Positions 50,298 to 64,000 of a stretch of 64,000 bases of DNA are shown here, piece by piece. Source of the stretch: Epiperipatus broadwayi (Eukaryota > Animalia > Onychophora); assembly GCA_028023455.1 (NCBI GenBank), contig JAQFVV010000002.1, positions 2,852,001 through 2,916,000 of the forward strand, read 5' to 3'. Each line of letters begins with the position of its first letter. The first letter of the stretch is position 1. The translations under genes and the position numbers were made by a program. Below the pieces are notes generated by a model. The model saw nothing but the letters and a program-made list of their open reading frames with translations. It searched no databases and was not told the origin of the DNA.

Positions 50298-51288
50298 CAT
50301 ATTTTTTTTTGTTTTATTTTTTGTTAGTATTTAGTTTAATAATTCAGATAAGAATAAGTTCATGAGTTTTTATTTGAGTTGGTTTAGAGATGAATATATT
50401 GTGTATTATTCCTATTTTAGTTAGTGGAATTAAAAATATGAATGAGAGGGCAGTTAAGTATTTTATTATTCAAGTATTTGGTTCAATTATTTTATTAATT
50501 GGGTTTTTTTTAAGGACTATGTTGTTAATAAGTTATTATTATTATGATGTGATTGGATATGTTTTTTGAATATCTATAATATTAAAAGTAGGTGCTGCAC
50601 CTTTTCATTTTTGGTATCCTGGTGTTTTGGAAAATTTAAGATGAATAAATATTTTTTTGATAATAACAGTCCAAACTTTTGGACTGTTATTTATTATAAG
50701 GTATTTATTAAGGTTTAGTATTTATTTAATATTTAGGGTAATATTAAGAGTGGTTATTGGAGGAGTTGGAGGATTTAATCAAGTAATAATACGTAGTTTG
50801 TTTGCATATTCGTCTATTGGTCATGTTGGTTGGATAATTGTCTCTATTATGTTAAGAGATTCTGTTTGGGTTATTTATTATTTGTTTTATTTTATAATAA
50901 TAATATTATTTAGAATTTTATTTTATTTTAATGGGATTGTTTATATTAATCAAATATTTATTTACTTTTCTAAGTTTGAGAAGTGGGTTATTTTGTTAAG
51001 AATACTTTCTTTAGGTGGTTTTCCACCTCTTAGTGGGTTTTTTCCTAAGATTATAGTGTTAAATATTTTGATATTAAAGGGTGAGAAGATTTTGGTGTTA
51101 ATAATGTTAATGGGGATATTGATTGGATTATATTATTATATTCGTTTGATATATGTTAGAATAATGTTTGAGACATTAAGGTCATTATGTTATTTTAAAG
51201 TAAAAAAAAATTTGATATTAGATTGGTGATTACATATTTTGATAATGGTAATATTGTTTATTATTCCTGTTGGAATAATTTGATTTTA
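50288..51288 (+). CDS. nad2: NADH dehydrogenase subunit 2 (mt-derived)
   Basis: WVGLEMN, KYFIIQ, KVGAAPFHFWYP, SLFAYSSIGHVGW, LSLGGFPPLSGFFPK. Incomplete TA stop. Confidence 0.93.
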
Positions 51289-52818
<1,530 letters not shown>

Positions 52819-52819
52819 T

Positions 52820-53497
52820 ATGGCAAGATGAAATGAGTTGATATTTCAGGATGCGTCTTCTCCTTTAATGGAGCAGTTGATTTTTTTTCATGATCATTCT
52901 TTATTTGTTTTAATTTTGATTACAATTTTAATTGGGTATAGAATATTAAGTTTAATTTTAAATAAAAATTTAATGCGATATTTGTTGGAAGGTCAATGGA
53001 TTGAAATGGTTTGAACAGTTTTACCTGTATTTATTTTAGTATTTATTGCTTTTCCATCATTACATTTATTGTATATGTTGGATGAGGTTTCTGATCCATT
53101 TTTAAGAATTAAAGTTGTAGGGCATCAATGATACTGAAGGTATGAATATAGAGATTTTATTGATGTTGAGTTTGATTCATATATAATTAGTATAGATGAT
53201 TTAGAGTTAGGTGATTTTCGGCTCCTTGATGTTGATAATCGGTTGATTTTACCATTTTGTGGTCAAATTCGTTTTTTAATTAGGGCTGCTGATGTATTAC
53301 ATTCTTGAACTGTCCCATCATTAGGAGTTAAGGTTGATGCGGTTCCTGGACGTTTAAATCAGATTGTGTTATATTTAAATCGAGTTGGATTATTTTATGG
53401 ACAATGTTCTGAAATTTGTGGTGCTAATCATAGTTTTATACCTATTGTTATTGAATCAATTCCAATAAATTTTTTTGTTAAATGGATTATAAGGTAA
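52820..53497 (+). CDS. cox2: Cytochrome c oxidase subunit 2 (mt-derived)
   Basis: 678 nt from ATG to TAA. Motifs [24 protein letters not shown] and [15 protein letters not shown]. Confidence 0.97.
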
Positions 53498-53545
53498 AAG
53501 GTATAATTTATAAAAATATAAATATGTCAAATTTAAAATGAATTC
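53496..53545 (+). tRNA. trnD: mt trnD (GUC), truncated
   Basis: TAAAT-ATGTCAA-ATTTA. No trnK precedes it. Confidence 0.7.
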
Positions 53546-53700
53546 CTCAGATGTATCCGTTAAGTTGAATGTTAATAATACCATTAAGACTTTTTGTTAT
53601 GTTAATTTATTTAATTTTAGTTTATTATTTGATTAAATATTTAAAGTATCAGGTCAAATTTTTTAGTCAGAAAAAAATTATTTGTTTTTGGGAATGATAA
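53542..53700 (+). CDS. atp8: ATP synthase F0 subunit 8 (mt-derived)
   Basis: ATT CCT CAG ATG (MPQM). 7-bp ATGATAA overlap with atp6. Confidence 0.92.
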
Positions 53701-54369
53701 TAGGGTTATTTAATGTTTTTGATCCTTCTTCAAGAGTTTATATATTAAGATTAAATTGGATTTCTTTAGTGATTGGAATTTTTTTTATTCCTTTATGGTT
53801 TTGATTAATTCCTACTCGTTTAGTAGGGATTATAAATTTTGTGTTAAATTTTTTAAATAATGAATTTAAAATTCTTTTGATAATAAGGAATATTAAAGGA
53901 ATAACATTAATTTTTATTAGTTTGTTTTTTATGATTATATTGAATAATAGATTAGGTTTGATACCTTATGTGTTTACAAGAACAGCACATTTGTTAGTTA
54001 CTTTAAGATTAGCTTTTCCTTTATGAATTAGTTTTTTGATTTATGGGTGAGTAAATAAAATAATAATAATGTTTGCTCATTTAGTTCCTTTAGGAACTCC
54101 TTCAGTATTAATATCATTTATGGTTTGTATTGAGACAATTAGAAATTTTATTCGTCCCTTAACTTTATCTGTTCGATTAGCGGCAAATATAATTGCTGGG
54201 CAGTTGTTATTAAGGTTAGTTGGAGGTCAAGGAAGAATTTTAGGTACAATAATATTATTTGTTTTATTGTTTGGTCAAACATTATTAATAATACTTGAAA
54301 GGGCTGTTTCTGTTATTCAATCATATGTTTTTGTTGTTTTAAGAAGTTTATATTCAAGTGAGGTATATT
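53694..54369 (+). CDS. atp6: ATP synthase F0 subunit 6 (mt-derived)
   Basis: [33 protein letters not shown]. Incomplete T stop. Confidence 0.95.
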
Positions 54370-55155
54370 ATGATAATACATAATCATCCATATCATATGG
54401 TTGAGTTGAGTCCATGACCAATTATTGGGGCGTGTGGGGCGTTATTATTAACAGCTGGATTAGTAAATTGATTTCATAATTATATAATAGGGTTATTATT
54501 AATAGGAATATTTATTATTCTTTTAACAATAATTCAATGATGACGTGATGTCATTCGTGAAGGAACATATCGGAACTTCATACTACTAATGTAGTATTTG
54601 GTCTTCGATGGGGTATGGTTTTATTTATTTTATCAGAGATTTTATTTTTTTTCAGATTTTTTTGGGCATTTTTTCATAGAAGTCTTGCTCCTACAATAGA
54701 TTTAGGTTCATATTGACCACCATCAGGTGTAATAGTTTTGAATCCATTTCAAGTTCCTTTGTTAAATACTGCTGTATTATTGGCTTCTGGTGTTACTGTA
54801 ACTTGAGCTCATCATAGTTTGATGGAAAGAAATTATATTCAGGGGGTTCAGGGATTATTTTTTACTGTTTTATTAGGATTGTATTTTACTTTATTACAAG
54901 GGATGGAATATTATGAATCAAGATTTTCTATTTCTGACTCAGTTTATGGAACAACGTTTTTTGTTGCTACTGGATTTCATGGATTACATGTAATTATTGG
55001 TAGTAGATTTTTATTAATTTGTTTGATACGGCAATTTAATTATCAGTTTTTCAGAATTGTGATCTTTTGGATTTGAGGCTTCTGCCTGATATTGACATTT
55101 TGTTGATGTTGTTTGGTTGTTTTTGTTTATTTCAATTTATTGATGAGGGTCATAA
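54370..55155 (+). CDS. cox3: Cytochrome c oxidase subunit 3 (mt-derived; two compensating frameshifts)
   Basis: [60 protein letters not shown]. Confidence 0.95.
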
Positions 55156-55512
55156 ATTATAATGTTAGTGTTAGTGATTATATTTTTTGTTGTATTTTTA
55201 ATTGTTTTAGTATTGATAATATTTATGTATTTATTTTCTGAGAAAAGGTATAAAGATCGTGAAAAAAATTCTCCTTTTGAATGTGGATTTGATCCTTTTA
55301 GATCCAGGCGATTACCTTTTTCTTTACGATTTTTTTTAATTGGAATTATTTTTTTGATTTTTGATATTGAAATTGTTTTAATTTTACCTTATCCTAATAG
55401 GATAAGTTAATTCAGGTTAGAAGAATATATTTGGTTGGACAATTATTTTTGTTTATTTTACTCCTTGGTTTAATTCATGAATGAAATCAAGGAGCTCTTG
55501 ATTGAGCAATTT
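55156..55512 (+). CDS. nad3: NADH dehydrogenase subunit 3 (mt-derived; one frameshift)
   Basis: [40 protein letters not shown]. Confidence 0.93.
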
Positions 55513-55562
55513 ATTTACCAAAACAAATGTGTTTAGTTTCGACCTTAAGTGTAACTTGAACT
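55510..55562 (+). tRNA. trnR: mt trnR (UCG)
   Basis: TTTAG-TTTCGAC-CTTAA. Confidence 0.6.
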
Positions 55563-55610
55563 TATATATTTTGTTTTCAAAACAAATTCTTTCGTAAGAT
55601 TAAGAAAAAT
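55550..55610 (-). tRNA. trnS2: mt trnS2 (UGA)
   Basis: rc TCTT-ACGA-AAGA D arm, then TTTGT-TTTGAAA-ACAAA. Its strand and position fit the ancestral cob-S2 adjacency across the circle. Confidence 0.7.
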
Positions 55611-55900
55611 GTAATGAAATATGATACTGATAATACACCAAAGTATCTCCAAAATAACTGAAAGAAAAAAACAACAAACAAGGAATTGAAATTTAAATTC
55701 AAAAATAGCTTCCAATAGTTCTGGTTGCAAAAACAGATTAGTAAACTTTGACCTGAAAGTTTTAATTTCATTTTCTTCACCATATGTGTTTAGAAATCTG
55801 TTAATTAAAAAAGAAACTAATTGCAAATAACCAATTGCAATGATTTAAGAACCAACTATCAATAAATTGATAACAGCACTCCTGCTTCTTCCTTTTCATT
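55611..55900 (+). mobile_element. C-terminal part of the hAT transposase begun at 40350
   Basis: VMKYDTDNTPKYLQ...TTNKELKFKFKNSFQ*FWLQKQISKL*P...KRN*LQIT matches the ZBED8/SCAND3-type C-terminus (ELK.KFK.GYQ.FWLQ). Confidence 0.7.
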
Positions 55901-56779
55901 AAGATTATATTTATTATTATTTGTGTTTTTTTATTTTAGTATTACTCTTCATTATCTTAATTACTATTGTTGATTTTTTTTTTAAAAATTATATTGTCTG
56001 ACTTCAAGATATCTTATTTTTCTCAACATTTCAATTTATTATATTATGAGTTTAAGTAAAATTATAGATACATATAACAGTACTGGTTTAATACACGTTC
56101 TCCACAATTTTGGTTACTAATGGGAGACCCAAACTTCCCACTGACACATCCAAGCAATAAATGAGATCGAACAAACCACAAGGAATTGTGATAGATAGTG
56201 TTCCAAATCTTTTGACCATTTTTTAAAAATTAACACACAAATTTTGTACAACTATTCCTGATCAAATCACATGACTAAACATACAAATTAAAAAATAGAA
56301 AAATAAAATTGCCAAAAAAAACATTTAACCAATCAAAAGATTGTCCATAAAATGAGCAAAAGCTAAAATAAAATTGCATACAATCAAATAAAAAATATAT
56401 GTAACCACTGCCAAAAGAGCATTTGTGTACTGAAAAATAAAATTAAAAAATAAAATTGCTCAAACTAAATGTTTAGTTAGTAAATACTAATGCATATGAT
56501 CAAACAAAAAATGTGTGTACGTGTTAGTCTCTAAAGAAATTTTATTACATGGGCCACACCAATGGTTACAATAGTAAAGCCAAATGAAAATTTGTGATTA
56601 TGTAGCAATTACAGAATTATATTGAACAAATATGTAAATAAAGGTTTATACCCAGTTCCACATAAAGTAGTAGAATTTTACAGAAATATAGACAAATATA
56701 GACATAAAGACTCCATTTCATCAAATATCAGTAAATAAAAAACAGTTCAAATGTACTACTTTTTGAAAACTGTGCAAAT

Positions 56780-57560
56780 GTAATAAATTGTTTTATGATA
56801 TTTCATTAGTGCCAAGCATTTTCCAGGTGAATATGGGAGTGCTTTTTAGAGCATTGAATGGTATAATTCTCAACCTAGATTACATTTTGATTATTACAAC
56901 AATGGAAGCAGAATTGGAAAAGTGAATAGATGTAGTCTGCTCAGAGAAATTGAAGACTAAATTAAATACAAATAAATGTGTTTGGTCCATAAAAAAATAA
57001 AATTTCTTAGATATTTAATAAATTCAAATGACCAATACCCAAACCCCGACAAGGTAAAGACATTTAAAAATGCTGAGAAGTCTAAAAATATAAAAAAAAT
57101 GGTGGTTAAACAATTGGAAATGTGGGAAAAGTCTATGACTTCTTGAACTCATATGCAGATTATACTGGACTATTAAATGGAAACAATATTGATGGTAATA
57201 GACATATATTAATGGTGTAATGAATATAAAATGATAAAAGTATGAGTACAAAATGTACAATAACAGAACTGAATAAAATATTTGCTTCTCATAGTTATCT
57301 GGAGCTAATACTGACAGATAGCAACATAAGTTTTGTGCCACAAAGTTTAAGAATAACTTGCAGTATAAAGGATTAAACATATACTTAATCCAACACTTAA
57401 AAAATGTGTTGAAAAAAATAAAAATAAGAATGTACTGGGAGATTTAATGGATATATTTAAACAAAATTTTACTCCTAGTACTGCCACAAACAAGATTCAA
57501 GCAGAGGTAATTGTGTCTCTTTTTCCACACTTATTTAAGTAAACTATTACCAAACACTAT
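56780..57560 (+). mobile_element. Decayed Gypsy integrase remnant
   Basis: HFPG zinc-finger remnant and TITELNKIFASHSYLELILTDSNISF...GLNI (cf. IF...G.P..IVSDNG.QF). Confidence 0.55.
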
Positions 57561-60500
57561 TTTAAAAAATCAAAATCAAAATTGGGAAAAAATTTCAAAT
57601 AGAAAAAATGTATGAATACATGATCTATTAAAATGTAAACAGATTCCTGGCATAAAAAGAAAGAATTATCAAATCAAAATGGGAGGGAAATGAGGAGACA
57701 CATTAATTATCTTTTCCATCATTATGAAGATACTTTACTGGACATTGTTAGAAATAAAGAAGGTAGCAGTGAAAAAAGATATTTTATTAAATGATCCAGA
57801 TACCTATCTAGATAAAAAAAATAATTGAAGAAAGCATAATGAGGAGATAATTCAGGAAGAACAACAATATTTGCCTACTCCAATAGGTGAAGTGAGAGAG
57901 TTATTCCTGCAGGTATGACAAAGTCAGATTTTAAATATTATGTTTGCTAGTAAATCTATTATTTCTAGAATAGGAGGAGTGAAACATCTTAGCTATAAAT
58001 AAATAGCATTTATTTTGTATATATGTACAGATTATTTTCACTTATAAATATTTTCTCTAATTACTCTTGAAAATCAAAAAAGAAATTGCTACAAGTAGGA
58101 AAGTTAAAATAAACAAAATTTGTATGTAAATCAGAACATTGGTAATAATTGAACAAAGATGTGGAGAAATAACTTCTATGCAGTGACAAGATTGAGAGTG
58201 CTTGAATCATCATAAATGATAATATGGAAGAAGAAGCATTTGTAGTTTGAATAAAAGGTTTTCCAAAGAAAGTATAAATAAATAAAAATTTACCAAATTG
58301 CACATGAGGAATTTAACAACAGTTGCGATGGTGAAGATAAAGTTTAAATTGATTGCACTAAGACGGTGTTTAAATGAGGATCTGTAGGTGATTATTTTAA
58401 TATGGAAATAGTTATTATTTATTAAAGACTTTTAACTTCTAAAGCTAGTTATATATTAAAATATTATAAGTGCTAAAGATAACTTAAAATCTCATATGCA
58501 AATTTGATTTACTCCTGGAAAAAAGATATTATTTCTATTCAAAGTTAAATTGTACTTGTTTAATGTGGATTTTTATTCTTATAGGCTTATGTCATTGTTA
58601 TTCTTATTAATAAATATTGTTATATATATTCTATGCCTAATTTATGCTGTTTTTTTTTTATTATTATCTGACTGGTCTTAAAGAACCTGAAGACATAGCA
58701 GTAACCAGCCAATGTTAGTAAGTGAATATTTTGCTACTCTTAAATGAGGGCTTCAAATGATTTAAAAATTGCCTGGAAATAAAACAATACTGGGAAATAA
58801 TGCATTTTTCTTCTTTGCTTTTAAGAAATCTGTAAAAGAAACTCTTGCTTTGAGGTGGGATGTTTAAAGACCTTTATCATTCTGTTTTAGTTACTACTTA
58901 CTTACCTACATTTGTTTATAAAACAATATTAAATCTTTATGTACTATCTATAATATTACTAATCATTACCTCTTGATGACGTGTTCAGAATTCAACCTCT
59001 ATAGGTTTTTTTCAAAGTGACTAACGATCTACCAACACAATAATACTTTTTTTAAAATATCACCACTATACTGTATTTGATGTCAAAGCTTAAATGTTTA
59101 AATTATGTTTATATATGATTAAGCCTTATTTGTAGTATCTTAAGATGTACATAGAAAATAAAACTCTATAAAATTCATTTTTTCACAAAGAATTTTGATA
59201 CAAATGAATATAAACTATCACTCTTGTCATTCACTTGACTGTTGAAGTAGTATTAAATCTTTACGTATTTTCTAAACTTTTAAACATTACCTATTGATAA
59301 AAATGCCATCCCATTACAATGGTATATAAAGGTTTAATATAACTTTACTTAATTACATATTTATAATATTGATTTTCTTTTCACATTAAGATATTTATAA
59401 AAAAAATGAATTTTTTGATTTGCTTTGTAGATTAATCAATCTGTTAAAAGTAGGGCTGATTAAATATACTCTTTTTTAATGTTTATGTTTTGACATCAAA
59501 TAGAACATGGTGATAATATTTAAATAAGAATAACACTGTTATGTCAATAGACTGTCATTTACTTCTAAAAGTCCTAAACACAGGCACGTGGAGATTTTCT
59601 GATTTTTTAATCAATAGATAACATTTTGAAGTTTAATAAGAAAAACTGTACAACACAAATACATGCGTGTATATGTGTGGTGAAGCCTTTCTGATTATGA
59701 TTAGTTTTAATGACTTAATATTAAAATTATAAAAGATAAATAAATCTATTATAAATAGTTTTGTGATAAGTACTTTTCTTAAATAAAAGATGAAATTAAT
59801 ATTTAGACCAAAAAAAAAGTTACCCCCCACCCCACCCCAAAATAAAAATTATTAGAATGAAGATAACCTTTGAATAATTTTTCAAAATAATTTCAATAAA
59901 ATGAATAAAATAAATATTTCCAAAATTATAAAAAAATATAAACTTGTAGATAAACTTTTGCTAGTTTTCTAGAATCTAGACAATCCTTATAGTCACTTTA
60001 AAAAGCAAAATTAATTGCTTACTGAAGCGGTCATATATATACATCATATATATATATATGCTTCATGTATATATTTTGTTATTAAGTTGAAATATTAAGA
60101 CATTTTTAAAAAATTTAATGTATCAAAAATGTAATTTTATTATTAAATTCGTATGTAATAACTGAAATACAGGCTGCTCATCCCCTACATATGTATTAAA
60201 TGGATTGTGTCCTGTACATGAGGGGTCAGATTGACTTTAGGTCAATGTGGGTGTGACAAGAATCTCGGCCTCAGGGTGGCCTTTGAGCGTTCCATCATCA
60301 GATTTTCAATTGGATGGATGATTGAAGAGTTGGAGGATGGAGAAGATTGAAACCTGTCCATTAAAGTATGAAGATTGTCTATCATTATATATATATATAT
60401 GAGCACTTATTGCATATATGTGTAGAGATGATAATATGGACCAACTGATGATTTCTGGTTTAGCATAAAATACTGATATTGGTGATTATTTATCTTTTCG

Positions 60501-61929
60501 ACATATATGTGTTCAAGTGTATCCGTGTTATGAGATAGAGTGGAGGATTGGGTGAAAGTCTGTGCTCATACATTCTATATATTAAAGTGATATGTGTAAA
60601 AAAAGATGGAGTTTCAAATCAGCAAAGAAAGTTTAACTTTCTAAATTAATTAATTAAAAATCCAATTGATATCAAAAGAATGTATAAATTAAATTCTAAT
60701 TTTATACTTATTTAGGGAAAGGTGTCAAAACATGAAGAATCAGATAAAACCAAAGACATGCGGAATTTAATTAAGAAATGCAATTAGTAAAATTTCAAAA
60801 TTAAATTGCATTAAGATTATATATGTAAGATTATTTTTAGATAATAAAGACAAGAATTTTACTTAAGTTTAATTAATTGATTTAGAGAACAGTGGATGGC
60901 TTTGTTTTGGGTGTTTTTTTTTAGATATATTGTGCCATTACAATTTGGTTACTAGCCAAATTTATAGTAATGTGCATGTAAGAAAGTGTAAAACAAAATC
61001 ATCATCACATTTTTATATAACCATAAAGGAAGTTGTAGGGCATCCAAGTTTAAACCCTACAAGGTCCAGTTCTAAAAGCATCAAACAGAGAAAGAGTGGG
61101 ACAACAATTATATGCTTTACTTGTTTGTGTAGTAATAAATCTCAAAAAGAGCAGTACACACATTTAATATTTAAAATTTTAATTTTTCTTTAAAAAGCAA
61201 AGTTATAACGCATACGTATAGGCAATGTATGTGTAAACTATTTAATTGTTTTATATTTCAAATATTCAACATTTTAACTTTCTTTAAAACTAACCTATGC
61301 TTGATCAATTTTAATGTCTTGTTCTATGCTTCTATTTTGCTTTTCTTTAATTGTAATTGGGATTTAAAAGTTACAGATTTAATTAAATAATAGGGTTATA
61401 ATTACTAAGCTAGCAATTATATTATTTAATGTTAGTTTATGAATGATTTGAAAGAATGAAGGATGTGTGTACATTACATACAGAAATTTACATTTACTAA
61501 ATATTGAAAGAAAAGGAAGGATTAAATCTGTCAAATTATTTTTTTTTGTACAATTTTATGTTAAAAGAGGAAATTGTTTAATCAGATATCTATCTTTGTA
61601 GCAATTTTGTCTTTTTTTAAATAATTGTTTGTCACTTTGGGGAGCTTATAGTGGGTGAGAGCTCTAATTTTGAAATTGTCTTATCTTAAGATCTAAAAAA
61701 GGAAGCTCAAAGATTGGAAATGTTACCTAAATGTAAAAAAAAAAAAAAGAAAGGAAATAAGGATTAAGTCTATTTTTTTTTAAAACAAAAGTGTCTGGAA
61801 AAAGGATTAAACTTTTCAGTTGAAAAATAATTTAGTTGAAAATAAATTAGAGATCTAATTAAAACGAATTTGTCCAAAAATAGCAAGTGACGCTATCTCT
61901 GATTGGTTAAGTTAGCTAAAAATTGGATA

Positions 61930-62560
61930 TAAAAAGCTGTCTGGAATTATTATTTTTATGGTGATTATGATTCAGATTATACTATTAAATTGAATGTTGA
62001 AAATTTAAGAAATGGCTGGCTAGAAAAATTATATGTATGTCCCATCTTTGCCGGACCATCTGGGGGAAGCTGCACATCACATAGGAAAGAAAAGATGTGT
62101 CTAAAATAATATTCTACACCTTTCAACTGACCAGAGAAATAAGATGTTTTTAATAGAAGGAAGAAAGCATTCACCTGTATTCAAAGAAGATGAATTAATC
62201 TACTGATAAATATTAATCATCAAGTCCAATTAATTGTTACAACAACTGATTTTAAACTCAAGAAAATTTATAAATGTGAAAACAACCGCTGTATTTCATC
62301 CACTAAGAATCATGCTTGACAGGAAAAGAAGAAAAATTAATATAATGATTTCCAAATTATCCATTAAAGCAAATAACCTCAATAGAGTCATCATCATCAA
62401 ATAGTTATACACCTCAAGAAAGAGATTGTTCCCTCGTAAAACGGAAATGGTAGCTGCAGAAATATAGACATTATACAAGACAAGTTTGAACCCTTGGAAA
62501 TTTGCCACAAACAAAAGATCGGTAATATGACTTTTTATATCTATTTTCTTTATGATATCA
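61930..62560 (+). mobile_element. Possible Sola-like DNA transposase relic
   Basis: NSYTPQERDCSLVKRK resembles GHSY.P.DRDF..IKR. Otherwise heavily decayed. Confidence 0.3.
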
Positions 62561-63874
62561 GTCTTAATAAACATTTTAGCAATAAAGTGGTATATTTTAT
62601 TTAAAGAACTTTTAAAGACTATTCAGATCGATTAAAAACAAGAATGTCTTACTAATAATAACTTTGAGCTTCATAAATGATCTTGAATGTATGAAAATTA
62701 TTTGTTTATTAATGTTACAGTTATGAAAAATATTAATGTGTAAAACAATTTTTTTTATGGTATTATGATTTTAGTTTTAACTAATATATTATTATTTTGG
62801 TTTTAAATAATATTTTTATCATGGGATAAAACACGCACATACATAATGATATTTTATATGTGTATAATTGCGAGTGAATGTGAAGTAACAAGTAGTGTTG
62901 GAATATTAGATTAGTTTGTTTCAAGTTAAGTATAGCATCTCAGAGGTAGAAGAGAGGAGGGAGAAAATAATTTAAAACTTGTTTCTAAAACTTGCTCTTT
63001 CAATTCTACTAACATTTTTTTTACATTCTATTTACATGTTGGATTTTTAAGGTATGTGTGCTAGTGAGCAGATAATATTTTTTTTCTTGAAATACTTTTC
63101 TCATGGAGTGAAAATCATGGTCAATGTGACATCCAACTTAATACAAAATACATTTGAAGGGAAAGGGGGAAGAACTTGAAAATAATCTGAGGATTGTTAT
63201 ATAATCAATTATTATCATTATTATTATTCATGTCAATTTTCATATTTATCTAGAAATTTTTATGTATATGTTAGAAATGTAGTAATAAATATTAGTTTGT
63301 TTTATTAAACGAGGCGTATCTATTTCATTAAGTGTAGTCTTTGTTAAGTGTGATTATTCATCATCATCAATGGTTGAATATTAGTTATTTAAGATATAAG
63401 TAAGTATGCTAAAATTAAGCAATAATTATGAATTTCTTTATAAAAATTAGTTTTATGTTTAGGCTTAGTCCTAGAGCTGTAGTTGAAACCCTTGTCATTA
63501 TCATTATTATTATCATCAACATCATCGTCATCAACGTTTTAATTAATGAGCTGTTTAACTGTTTAAAGGCCATAAATAAATATTGATTTTATAATATTTA
63601 GTGATTTCTTAGTATTATTATAACCACATCCCGTCATCTATTTCATGCAAGGATGAGTGAATTGCCATCCTAAATTAGTTATATATAATCTGAGCTAGTA
63701 AACTTATAAAAACATTGAAACACATTTGTTATGCTAAGATCTGAGAAATGATTTATGTCTAATATACTCCACTTTGGTTTGAAGATGTTTTACTTTTGCC
63801 TAAATATTAGTGCGTATAGTGATATGGCTCAAAAAGCAAAATCTCTCATTTTTAATTAGAAATAAAGTACCAAA

Positions 63875-63967
63875 AGAGGGGATTCAAACCCGGTACATGT
63901 GAAAGGTTATTAGATATAACCGTGTCTAGATTCAGATAATCTAGTGGTGCCCTGCTAGACCATATTC
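63875..63967 (-). mobile_element. tRNA-derived SINE-like head
   Basis: rc has an A-box-like TGGTCTAGCAGG and a B-box-like GGGTTTGAATCCC ~60 nt apart, with no cloverleaf between them. Confidence 0.35.
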
Positions 63968-64000
63968 ACTTAGTATTTGTTTAAACATGCACTTAACATC

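Noticed and set aside
58685-58730. CTGAAGA hammerhead-like start
   Set aside because: No helix II followed by GAAA.
60180-60360. GC-richer block with a minus-strand DDGTLKG (CRE-like RT motif) and small hairpins
   Set aside because: A single short motif preceded by a stop codon is not enough to assign.

Overview
AT-rich arthropod nuclear DNA. It is probably non-pancrustacean (myriapod or chelicerate), inferred from the embedded mtDNA: no trnL2 between cox1 and cox2, and the cox1 motif [12 protein letters not shown]. The only recognisable nuclear gene is the last two coding exons of choline O-acetyltransferase (ChAT, + strand, 10967-11104 and 14589-14927). The largest feature is a nearly complete (~13.8 kb) mitochondrial genome at ~41836-55610 that lacks only the 3' half of cob. 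It interrupts a decayed hAT transposase whose reading frame resumes on the other side, which argues for a real NUMT. The insert also carries Illumina adapter fragments, a 39-N gap and several frameshifts, so its base-level consensus is unreliable. Its gene order is strongly rearranged: nad1 then cob in tandem, rrnS and rrnL on opposite strands, the nad2-cox1-cox2-atp8-atp6-cox3-nad3 block on the G+T-rich strand, and an inverted duplication of the control-region stem-loop. The rest is transposon debris: Penelope-like elements, an L1/Tx1-like 5' end, a Gypsy LTR pair, hATs and an RTE tail. Six hammerhead-ribozyme motifs (some with variant cores) and several long fold-back hairpins are associated with the Penelope-like sequences. 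All calls were made by eye without database searches.
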